A DNA stretch of 64,000 bases from Stegostoma tigrinum. Lineage: Eukaryota. The stretch is from assembly GCF_030684315.1 (NCBI RefSeq), contig NC_081372.1, forward strand, positions 31,511,481 to 31,575,480, read 5' to 3'. Positions within the stretch are counted from its first letter, which is position 1. Every line of letters begins with the position of its first letter. Under the pieces are notes generated by a model. That model did no database searches and was not told the origin of the DNA. It worked only from the letters and a program-made list of their open reading frames with translations. Made by a program: the position numbers and the translations under genes. Positions 26,731-37,712 of the stretch are shown piece by piece.

Positions 26731-28504
26731 AGAAAAAAGAAGCAGTCACTTTGTATAGTACTATGAATTCTTTCCTATTCATCTGAGAAGGTGTCCTTCA
26801 ACTAAAGAAGAGCACCTGCAATGGTCAGCAGTCACTCAGTGCACAATTGTTAAACAGAGTTTGAAAGCTTAATTGTTCAGAGCTTGCATTCTGACTTATC
26901 TGAGACAGTATTCCCTCAATAAAAGAAAACAATGCAGCAGACTTTTACTTTTAACAGGTCAAATATGATAAACAAAATGGTTCTCTCAGGCAGTAAGAAC
27001 TTAATGTGAAAAGTAAAGGTGAAGCTCAGACAAGTTCTAGGAGTGGGCACATCAACAACATTGTCAGAGGCAACAATAATGGACAAAAATTACAACGTGT
27101 GCACAAACCACGATGATGGGCAAAAACACAATGTTCACAATATTCTCACTCTGTATCTGTGCATCTTCATTCATTGCATCATATAAATACAACGCTGTCA
27201 AAGTTGCAACTAGCATCAAAGGCTGACTGAATATTTGAATTCACAAGACAGAAAATCCATTCCAGCAGTTCAGAGATGCATTTCATTACAATTATAGCGA
27301 ATTCGGCTACAACTATAGCAACATTTAAAACAATTTTCCCATACCTTTTAATGCTGATTTTTAAGAGATAAAACACTGATGTACACTGTACATAGTAAAG
27401 AAGCACGTTGTAAAACTGTGTGGGTAGACGGAAATGGCATTACTCAAAGCGTTCAAACTGGCCTTTCCTTTTGGTAAAATGTGTGCATGTACAGTACTGT
27501 GTAGAATGAAACCTGCAGTAACTCCCAGGAGTTGTACTTCTATTACTCAGCAGAAATTTAAGGCCCATCTGATTTAAATATTATGGTCTAGAGATTCCTG
27601 TTTTCTTTCAAATCAATCTTTTGCTTACAGGACACGTTACGATCCAGCTCCATGGCAGCTGAGACTTACTAGGCCTTCAGAGTTTGGGACACTACCACAA
27701 CAGCCGGAAGAGCCCCAAAATTTCCTACTTACTTGAACTCAAACAACCAATTGTAATGCCAATTTTTGACACAGACAATCAAAGAATCTTAAGTGTGAAT
27801 TGTCAGTTGCATTTAATTGCATATCAATAGTGGATATTAACTGTAGATTCACCTATCCCCTCTATATAAGGACAAATTGAAACTGTGGTGTTTGGGTAAA
27901 GATGTTCATGTGTGTAAAATGCATTGAAAAGTGTATATAGATTTGATCCAGTTCTATCCTTCACAACTTGATTTTTGGTGCACACTATAGGTACCTTAAA
28001 CTTATTTTATGCTACATTCAAATTTCCCCAACCTTTTCTACCAATTCAGTGATATCTTTCCCAAAAACCTCCTTTTCTTATTAACATATTTCTGTCACAT
28101 GCAAAGGCTATAAAATGTGAGTTTGAAACATTTACTTCTCAACCTTCAGGCATATGATGATTCAAGTGTTATATTTAATGGCAATGTATAATTGACTTTT
28201 AAATAATTCTCTTCACTGAGATATGAAATTCACGTCAGTGCATTTTTGAGTGTGCATTTACAGTATCAAATGAGTCGAAATTTAAAAGCTGAATTGTATT
28301 CATGATTATCATTTGGTAAACATGTGTGATTAATGCATATAAGTATGGTTCAATGGCACTAAATTGTTTATTTCCTACATAAAAGCAACATGTCAGCACA
28401 AGCTGAAAAGATTGCAAGAAAATTTCAACATTGGCAAAACTGCTGTAAATTTTTGCTTAACTTGCTGGTTAAGCTGCATTAGGAAGTAGCATCGCCACTA
28501 GTGA

Positions 28505-28736
28505 AAGATTTAAAAGAGATCGGAGGGGCAACTTTTTCCACACGGAGAGTGATTTGTATGTGGAATGAACGGCCAGAGGAAGTGGTGGATGCAGGTACAA
28601 TTCCTACATTTAAAAGGTGTAAAGGGATATGGGCCAAACGCATTCAAGTGTGACTAGTTTAATTTGGGAAACTTGGTCAGCATGGACGAGTTGGACCAAA
28701 GGATCAGTTTCCATACTGTCTGACTTTATGACTGTA
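28505..28736 (+). mobile_element. CR1/HER1 3' end fragment
   Basis: Matches 19640-19890 (gggatatgggccaaa...gttggaccaaaggatc...tatgact). Confidence 0.85.
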
Positions 28737-31700
28737 CGGATCTAGTAGGTGAAACAGTTTTAGGCAGAACCCGTTTATCCATCAAAACACATTTAACTTT
28801 ATGAATTTCATTGTCATGCCTGGTGTGGAATTACATAAAAATGATTATCTTTCATAATAATTGTAACTTATTACTAGACTGAAAGCAATATTCAAGACAT
28901 ATAGTGTTATCCCTCAGATCCTACACCCCACACTCAGCAAAGTCAGTCAGTCACCTGTTAGGTTGGATTGGACAAATTCTCCGCACTAACTCACCCACCC
29001 TGTGCAAGAAGCATTCCTGTTTTTAATAAATTTTATTTTAGAACATTAGACTTATTGCCAAAAATACTACAACAATACACTTGAAGTATCCTTTATATAA
29101 CTAATACACTTAGTCATTTTATCCATTTTAATGTGAAAAAATTTACAAAAAATAATATGTAGTTAATAACATTCAATTTGAATCGATTTCTGTGGAAACA
29201 TGTAGTTTGTCATCAGCATAGCTCACAGCATTGATAGTAAGCTTTTCTTTGGGTGGGGGGGAAGTGGGCATGACAGTTTCTTTTGTCAATACTCTCCCAA
29301 TCTGCTAGCTGAACTGGGGATAGGGGCAGACAGCTGTAACCAGGATCCAATTGATGTATGGAATAATAGCCTTGTATGTGAGGCAGATCAATTGAATAAA
29401 ATGGCACCAACTTTTTACCTAAGAAAAACTATTTGACTTCTTAACAAACAGTTTTCAACAGTTTTCTGACGTTGCACCATTCTCCGCTGTCGAGAACAAA
29501 CTCAATGTGTTTCTTCTTATAGTGCAACAACCTAACGACCTATAAACCTTTCAGCTATGGCTCACTAGTAAGAAACCAACAGGATTTCTCCATGCTGGTT
29601 GTTGTTGGATTTTACAAAGGTTTCAAGGGCAGGTGAAAAACACATATTAAAACACACATTCATAACATACTAACTATCCCAATTTGACAAAATCTACCTT
29701 CTGAATAAACATTTCACCTTTTTATTTTGTTTTAACTCCCCAATATCTACTACTTTATATTTCTACATTTATGCAATATACTATGCGCACGATGGGTTCC
29801 CTTAGAAATGTTTTGCAAGTGCTTCTTCAGATGCATTCATCTAAACCAGCCTTAAAAGACCAGTCTGGAATAGACAGAGAATAATAGAGAGAAATGGCAG
29901 ATAAGTGCAGTTTTTGCACTGGTCACACATCTAATACCGCTTAGTTAGTAAGGTTAGCACAAATAACCTATACTTAATAAGGAATATGGTATTATGGTCT
30001 ACCTAATAAATGTCTATAAGTTTATCCAAACAATGCACAAGCTTAAACATTTGACAAGATAAGTAGATCAGTTTCTGCAAAGGCCTGTGGTCACTGATTG
30101 TAGAAATGATGTTTTGCCAAAAGTAGAGTACGTTGAACCTTGGAGTATACAATGCACTCTAATGTCATCACTAGTGAAGAGCATTTCCATTATAGATATT
30201 ACTAGGTTTTCTAGAACTTGGCTTCTTTACGTATGTTGCAGTCAACTTACCAAAGCGCAGGCAAACACTGTAGGAATTATTTCAGACAAACTGATAGTAG
30301 CATTTCAAAGTTTAAAAATTTGGATCATGAGATCCTCCCAATCTATTGGATGCAATTATTTTTTTAAAAAACAATTTTTTCAGAATTTTTTCTTTGAAGA
30401 CCATAGGTCTTTCTCATGCAAATGACTATGTTCTGCAGTGGAAAATCATGATATTTAAACTGACGAATAGTCTCAGAACAAATAATAGCTTTGCTTATTT
30501 TAATAAGCGTAGATATTATTCAAAATGCATTTAGGTGGGAGTACTGATTGGGATTGGCTTGGTAGAACTCTATAAACTGTGCTTCTTCTGTGAAATATCA
30601 GCATGACTAAATAAGTGCTACTATCTGTATTATTAGCATTTTCTAAAAATTCCTGTTTACAATCATTTACAGGAAGTCTGTAGATGAATAATAATTTTAT
30701 GATCTGTGGAATTGTTGTCTCCCATCTCAATAGATTAACATTACCAAATAATTTAACAAAGACCGAAAGGGAAAGAAAAAACACAAGAATTTTTGTGTTC
30801 ATCCTTTTTAAAGCAATTTCCATTTGAAAATATGCTTGCTTCAAAGACTCTTACAGGTATATTTTGTATAGCTTGAGAAGGAATCTACAAGGGCTCTGCA
30901 AGTTTTAATGCACAATCTTCTACAATAGATCAGTAGATAATGAATAATTTGATTTAACTTACACCAGTGGGCCTTAGCACATGAATTTCAGAAGTATTTG
31001 AGAGCTGTTGGAGAAAATGCAGGGTGGTAAACTCTACATCTACTTGTCATGTATCATAATGCAGAATATTGCTGGGCACAGGCTTGGATATCGATTAAAG
31101 TCAGCAGGGGTAGAATTTTATTTGGTTCAAATCACAATACAGGTTACTAATTAGTAAACTGGTGAACCATCTCTTGTTCTGATCCAACTGTATTTCACTG
31201 TTGTACTGCTAACTGCTATTGCCTGCTACTATAACTTGAATCTACATATTATGATGGATGAGCTCCTAAGATACACACATGTGTATATATAATATATATC
31301 TTCTATCAAGCACTTATGTGTATAACATAAATTTGTATAAAAAACAAAGAATCTGGTACACTATGCCAAAAATCATTTTCAATATCCATTTTTATACAAA
31401 AGTCGGTATTTCATATGCATTAAAACTATACAGTCTGAGGTTTATGAAAAATGGTGCTCATTTTTTTAAAAGAACAGCACTCCATAAAAATTTGGGAGGA
31501 ATTTGATTGTGTTTATACATAATTGACTGTCAACCTTGACACATAGCAAAACCAGAAGGGTTGGAGGTCTGATTAAATTTAAAGTCCAAGATTACTTCCG
31601 CATTAACTTCTAGATTTGGGAATTATGTTTGCCAAGAGAATGCCAGCAGCTCAACAAAATCTAAAGGAAGACTGGGGTGAAGTTTATGATTTTCGGTGAA

Positions 31701-33848
31701 AGCTGTCAATAATGAAAGCTGCAGGACAAAGATCAAAGAATAGGCAACCAAGAGATTTTAGCTTGAGGTAGCAAGTCAGGTGCTGGGGTGGGGGTACAGA
31801 TAATGAGATGATGGGCAAAGAGTAATGCAAGTGTGATATACAGAGCTCAAAAAATTCTTTTTTAAAAAATCTGCAAATTAAACAAGCAGTAGGGGACTCA
31901 AGAAGGGATTCGGGAAGAAGTGCACAGAAGAAAAGATTCTACATTGCTCAAAGGGTCAATGATTGAAAGAGCCTCGAAGTCATGTGCAAAATTGATTAAT
32001 TAAGAAGATATCATTGTAAGTGAGATCTGAAAACAAGTGCTAGGTTCATTACAGCAAAGAAAGTTAAGACGTTGAAGTCTTGAAAACGTGCGAGAAGCAA
32101 AATATTGATTTGCTATTTGTAAGTTAGTAGTAATGACTATGATAAGAAGGTTTGAAATTAGAATAATCTTTTTGTGTGAACAGTTACTAGAGTGGAATGC
32201 ATTACCTCCATGAGTAGTTAAACAAGATCAATCATAGCATTCTGAAGGGCATTAAATAACATCACAAAGAAGATGAAAATTAGAGTAGAAAAAAAAATGA
32301 CAACTTATATAGCTAGCACTGGTTTTAGCTCTCAGCTTCAATTCTTGATTTTGTTAAATCAGCTGAGAAAGTAATTGGAGTGCTACAGTTAAACTATATC
32401 CCTTAAGTAAGGAGACAAAAACAAAAGCCAGAATTCTTACGCCTGTTGCAATTGGATGTTGAACAGTTTGTGTGTGTAGAAGCATGAAAAGGGCATCTGA
32501 GTTCAGGTATGATGATTCCATAATTAGCTGACCAACAATCTTTCAAGATATATAAAACCTAGCTAGGTTTGCAAGAGGGCTATGTAAAAGGCTACCTTCT
32601 GTACATAGGGTTGAGCATTGCCTTGATAATAAGTAGAAGTGGCGAAAGAGGTGAAGAATAAATTTAATTTACTGCTGATGGTATGGAAGAACTGAAATTT
32701 ATAGAACTAGGACAAAAGTGACAGGAAAATATAAAAGTCAGCATCTGAAAAGGAAAACTTAAGACAAAGAAGTGTTCACTACAAAAAAAACACTAAAAAC
32801 TTTAGAAATCCTTTTGATTCTTCCTCAAAATTGAGGAGCAAAGCAAGACAGTTACATAGATAGGAATGAATTATATGAGGTGGACCAGAACTATGAGGGG
32901 GTTGTCAAGTAAGATACAGTATTTATAAAAATACAAAAAGTTGTTTCAAAATAACAATGTGTTGAAACAGTTAAGTAGGGTGAATGGAAACTGAAGAAAG
33001 AGCTGACTTGAATTGAGTTAGTGAATTAAACCAGAGAAGAATTGCAACAGTGAAAGAAAACAGTGTTAACTGAAGAAATAAGAGGAAAGAATGAAAGGTC
33101 AATCATAATCAGTAGGCAAATGAACTGACCTATACTTTAGACTTGTTTTGCTGCAATTGTTCACAACCTTCACAGAGGAAATAAAGGTCACAAAAATAAG
33201 AGGCTGGAACTAGAAGTTTCAGGATACAAGGGGAACAGACGCCAATGAAAAATAAACTAAAGCAGTGAAGGAAAGCACCCTCTTGTTGGCTCAGTTGTTA
33301 AATGCAAAGTAAATCTGTGTTGTAAATACAAGAAGGCAAGTGTTTTGATTCCAGTCTGTGCTGCAATCACTGACATCAGTTCGAATGTCATTGAGATTCT
33401 ATGCCTGGTCCCAGTGACCACTGGCCAGGAAGGTAAGTTGGCAAATTGGACAGGGTTCCTGCTGCTTAGCAATAAGTGCCTTCTGTCAGTATATGGGGTG
33501 GGTGGGAAGTGAAGGTACTAGGGGTAATTGAGTTGGCTGAGTTCTTAATGAGTTGAATAGTTTCACTTCAAGATGATGACAGGATTTGGCATGAATGTGA
33601 GTTCCCCTCCCCATGCTGTTAAACAACCTGTCAACATTCATTATACTAGTGTTCACATTAAGAATAGTGTGTTTGTGGAATATTTAAGAAGATCTCATGA
33701 AACTGTACCATTTGGGAAGGAGGGAGAAAAGGTGAGAACTTTGACAAAGCTATGGATTTGGATCAAAATAAAACTGAAACAAAAATTGCTGGAAAATAAT
33801 TTACCGCAGGAAATTACTGAACACTCTTGATCATTGTGTTTGAACAAC

Positions 33849-33854
33849 TTTATT
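33849..33854 (-). terminator. Candidate polyadenylation signal (AATAAA) of Rhp2
   Basis: First AATAAA seen on the minus strand, about 640 nt after the stop, with a U-rich tract further downstream (about 33765-33787). A weaker ATTAAA lies at 34354-34359. Confidence 0.55.
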
Positions 33855-34492
33855 TGAATTTCTTAAAACTATTCATGACCTTAACCAGAGTAAATAAAAT
33901 TCTTTTCATTATTATCTTGTCTAAAATTCTTCATTAAAATCTTATAGTGTGCAGTTTAGAAAAAGGAAAAATAAAAACTCACTCTTACACAAGTACTGGC
34001 TGAATGGCTCATCTGTGTAGACTTGACCTGGCTGGTAGACAGAGACTGACATTAATGATTAGCATGTCACTGTGTGTTAACAGGCAGGTACCCGAGACTT
34101 GTGAATTTGTATCTCATTCGCCGAAAAGTTGTAGGTGGAAAAATACAGTAATCATTTTTAAACAAGTGTGATAAATATGTTCTGATTCACATTCCGAGTA
34201 ATGTGTTATTTGCAAAGCTCATAGAATGTGCAGGAGTTGTGAATGATTTTGGAGGAATGGGGCACATCCTGATTTTCAATCACTTATAAGAAGTTAGGGC
34301 GTTGTGGATCCTGAAACAGTAATTTGCAACTCAATTCAGGTTAAAGGCTTCTCTTTAATAAGTATATCTGGTAAAGTATTTGACAATTAGCATAACGTAT
34401 GCTAACCACAAGGTGTTTTTCTAAATTCAGGCACGTCCTGGAAACTGATGTACAGACACGACGTTCGGGCGCACAACAAAAGCAGTTTGGAA

Positions 34493-35923
34493 TCAAACCG
34501 GAAGTTTAAGGCGCTGGTTATTGTTCGCGCTGTTTTTATTGGTAAATTCGAATTCTTCTTTCCCTTCCACCTCGGGCACTTCAAAGTAAGCGTCGTCATT
34601 GAAACAATACTCGTCTTTGGGCTGAGCCAGAAAGGGGAGTTTTAGTATGAAGCCAGTGACGGTCCCTCCTAAGACAGCGATGCCCAAACAGACCCCGATA
34701 GCTGCCGCCTGGTACTGTGCCTGATCCCAAGCGCTGCGGCCACCTCCAGCCTTCAGGTAAGGCAGCACCCCGACCAGCTCGGCCAGCTTGATATCTCCTT
34801 CCTTGGGGACCCGCTCCGGGAAGGTGTCATACAAGCCGTGGCCGTATCTCTCATCGGTTGTCAACAGGATAGTGGCAATTCCGGCAATAGCTCCGACAAA
34901 GCCAGGGATCCCGTGCAAATTATTGATGCCGCAAACGTCTTGGATTTTGAGTTTTTTGGCCAGGAAGGGAGTCAAGTATTTAAATCCCACGGTGCAGAGC
35001 ACCGAGGCGATGCAGCCCAGGGCGAATGCCCCGGCTGGAGTCACCATCATATCGGCTGCAGAGCCCACAGCCACACCGCCTGCCAGGGCAGCGTTCTGGA
35101 TGTGAGCGATGTTGATCTTACCCCGTTTGTCCAACAGGCTGGAGATGGCGAACGTGGTCAAGGTACAAGAGCTAAGGCCGATGTAGGTGTGGATCACCGC
35201 CCGGTGCTGGCCGTGTCCATTCGCAGCGAAAACTGAGTTAAAGCTGGGCCAGAAGACCCACAGCAACAAAGTGCCCAACATGGCCAGCTTGTCCGAGTTA
35301 TAGTCCGCCCCCTCGTCCTTGTGCCCATCTTTTAAGCCGGGTCTGTAAAGCACCGTGGTGACGCTGAGACCAAAGTAGCAAGCAAACAAGTGGATGGTTA
35401 TAGACCCTCCGACGTCCTTGATTTTGAGCAGCTCCATAATAATCCACTCGGTTGCAGTAAAGATGGGCACTTCCAGCAGAGACAGAATGAGGATCTGCAC
35501 AGGACTGGTCTTGCCAAGCACGGCTCCGAATGAGATCATGACAGTGGCACAAGCGGTTTCGGCGGTCAGCAAGTTGTAAACTCCGATGTGAATCCTGCCG
35601 TCGTGGAAGTGATAGAACCAGCCTTGCACCAGCAGAGCCCACTGCACGGAAAACACTGCAATCATAAAATTGAAGGCAATCCCTCCGTACCCGTACTTTT
35701 TCAGGAAGCCCATCAGGAGTCCAAAGCCCACAAAAATCATCACCTGGACGTCCTGAAAAACTGGGAAGATGGAATACAGCTGATTGTATTGGTGATCTGT
35801 CTCATTGCTGTGCGCTGCAGAATCAGTGTGCTCATCATAAGTCACGAAAAGCGCAATCAGCACGAGTAAGATCCCTTCCAGGAAGATGACAAGGAAGGGC
35901 AACCGGCAGCGTATAGCGGACAT
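34493..35923 (-). CDS. rhp2: Rh glycoprotein Rhp2 (Amt/Mep/Rh ammonia channel), single coding exon, 476 aa
   Basis: Uninterrupted ORF from ATG 35923 (gagATG). Rh signatures FQDVQVMIFVGFGLLMGFLKKY, SFGAVLGK, DVGGSITIHLF, LWVFWPSFNS, HIQNAALAGGVAVG and DVCGINNLHGIPG; twin His H178/H337; N-glycosylation sequon N40. An intronless CDS and 476 aa agree with what I recall of shark kidney Rhp2, whereas RhAG/RhBG/RhCG are multi-exon. Confidence 0.93.
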   Translation of the reverse strand: MSAIRCRLPFLVIFLEGILLVLIALFVTYDEHTDSAAHSNETDHQYNQLYSIFPVFQDVQVMIFVGFGLLMGFLKKYGYGGIAFNFMIAVFSVQWALLVQGWFYHFHDGRIHIGVYNLLTAETACATVMISFGAVLGKTSPVQILILSLLEVPIFTATEWIIMELLKIKDVGGSITIHLFACYFGLSVTTVLYRPGLKDGHKDEGADYNSDKLAMLGTLLLWVFWPSFNSVFAANGHGQHRAVIHTYIGLSSCTLTTFAISSLLDKRGKINIAHIQNAALAGGVAVGSAADMMVTPAGAFALGCIASVLCTVGFKYLTPFLAKKLKIQDVCGINNLHGIPGFVGAIAGIATILLTTDERYGHGLYDTFPERVPKEGDIKLAELVGVLPYLKAGGGRSAWDQAQYQAAAIGVCLGIAVLGGTVTGFILKLPFLAQPKDEYCFNDDAYFEVPEVEGKEEFEFTNKNSANNNQRLKLPV

Positions 35924-36066
35924 CTCCCTCCCTGACGTGCCACTGTCAGAGCTCCACGGACTTTGCAGCGGCTTAGCTGCTGTGTACTGGACACGTTGCA
36001 CCAGCTTGGTTGGGGTTGTCTCTCACTCCGAGCGCTAACTGGCTGCAAAGGGCACTTCAAAAGGCA

Positions 36067-36167
36067 CTTTTATATATTGAATGAAGCACGTGACTTGAAC
36101 TTTGAGCATTCAGTGCACCCGCTTATCTCTTATAAGCCGGGGAGTCGAAATAATCAATTATTTGCAT
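36067..36167 (-). promoter_or_regulatory. Rhp2 core/proximal promoter: TATA box plus E-box, HNF4-like, GATA and octamer motifs
   Basis: On the minus strand: TATATAAAAG 36067-36076, GTCACGTG 36087-36094, CAAAGTTCA 36096-36104, AGATAAG 36122-36128 and ATGCAAAT 36160-36167. Predicted transcription start about 36040. Confidence 0.7.
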
Positions 36168-37640
36168 TTTTTTCGCTTAAGTTCTCTGCAAATTACTTTC
36201 TAAAGAGGGATCGAAGACCAACCTTCGAGTGGTGTCTTGTGCAACACTCGAATTCACAAAGCACTTTTCAGAAGATTATTTCTGCCTGGTTTCCACACCC
36301 GGGGCTGGCTGTTCCCTATTCACGGGGCGAGAGGTTTGCAGAGGCGCTTTGAAGCGGACGGTGCAGAAGTCCCGCACTCAGAGCTAACCGGATATGTCTG
36401 TGGAATCGCCGCGCAGTCTCTCCCTGTCAACTTGCGCCCTGCCATCCCTTCTGGAGGATTTCAGTCAATCAGGCTGAAACGCCGGGTGAAGTGGAAGTGC
36501 ATTGTAACAGCTGACAGCTGAAGTTGACCACAGTAAGTCCGAAGCCTCCGGAATGTATCGCTGTTGGTTACTTGGAGCATTGCAAGGATTTGACAAATCT
36601 CTGTGGTGTACTGCCAGGTTCCCATCACGTAACGCATGCTAGAACTGGCCTCGTTGCACAAGGGGAATAATAATGTCATGCAATCACAATAACTCGGGAG
36701 ATTTCCACAGGGAGTGTCTAAAAGTCTGGCTGGGTGTTTCTTGCAGACTTCTGCCCTTAATTTAAAATGCTGAGGTACAGTGGGTACATTGGGTAGGGTT
36801 CAACCTTGGCAGCTGGATGGGGTGCTGTTCAGAATCCGGAGCAGGCAAATCAAAGCCACAGATTTCCAGGGCCTCACTGAGGACAGCAGTGGAAGAACGT
36901 GCATTAATGTAGCACCTTTCACAATTTAAGGATGTCGGGGACCCCTTCGCGGCCAATGAAGGTCTTTTGAGAGTGGTTTAGGGAGATTCGGCGACCAGTT
37001 TGGGGGAATATTTCTTTTGTCGCTTACTGTCCAGTCTAGAGAACGCCAAAGTTTAAGGAATCTCACAGTATTTTTGCTAATTCCATTCACCAGGTCAGTG
37101 CAGATCAGTTGAATACATACGCTGTTCAGTGCACGCAAGTTTTCTAGTCGTGCTGAGAAACCACGTGCTTTCTACCTGCCTTGAGTTTGTTTCAAAGTAA
37201 CATTCATGTCCAGCATGTGTTGCTAAGTCTGACTGCTAGGGTTGCAGCATCACGTCACTGAATCTTGAAATACCATAAATTACATCCAATTTACTCTTGG
37301 CGAAAGGGTCTAGGCTTTTTAATTTGTATGACAACAAAGGATTGTTCCCTACTATGACGATCTTCAGGGCTCCTGATCGCTGACTCCATTTGTTGCATTG
37401 CTCATCTTTTCATTTCCAAAAGGGTCCATTTCGATAGCTATATGATAACATCAAACTATCCCGCTGCCTTCACTTTTCTAGATCTCATCATTTCTGTCTG
37501 GTTAGACCCACATAATGTGACAGACAAATCGGGACCACAAGTCCCTCCTCCAATACGAAGTTTGCATCAACGAATTTCAGTTCCAATCGAAATCGCTCCC
37601 CTCTCTCTCCCTTTCCCGTGCGAGCCAGACTATTGTAAAC

Positions 37641-37712
37641 TTGAAACACAAACAGAAATCGCTGGAGTCACTCAGCAGATCTGGCGGCATTTGCAGACAG
37701 AGAAGCAGATTC
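37641..37712 (-). mobile_element. PLE family-A pLTR fragment
   Basis: aaacagaaatcgctggagtcactcagcagatctggcggcatttg matches the family-A arm. Confidence 0.65.

Noticed and set aside
28490-28507. CTCF-like motifs here and at about 12920-12936
   Set aside because: Only the 3' half (AG.TGGCG) fits and the 5' half of the core is mismatched or mis-spaced.
35924-36001. 26-codon N-terminal extension of Rhp2 from GTG 36001 (the 502-aa ORF call)
   Set aside because: Non-ATG start in weak context (C at -3). ATG 35923 has a purine at -3 and gives the expected Rh N-terminus and length.
34402-36352. Overlapping and antisense ORFs across Rhp2
   Set aside because: Shadow ORFs of a GC-rich CDS with no recognisable domains.
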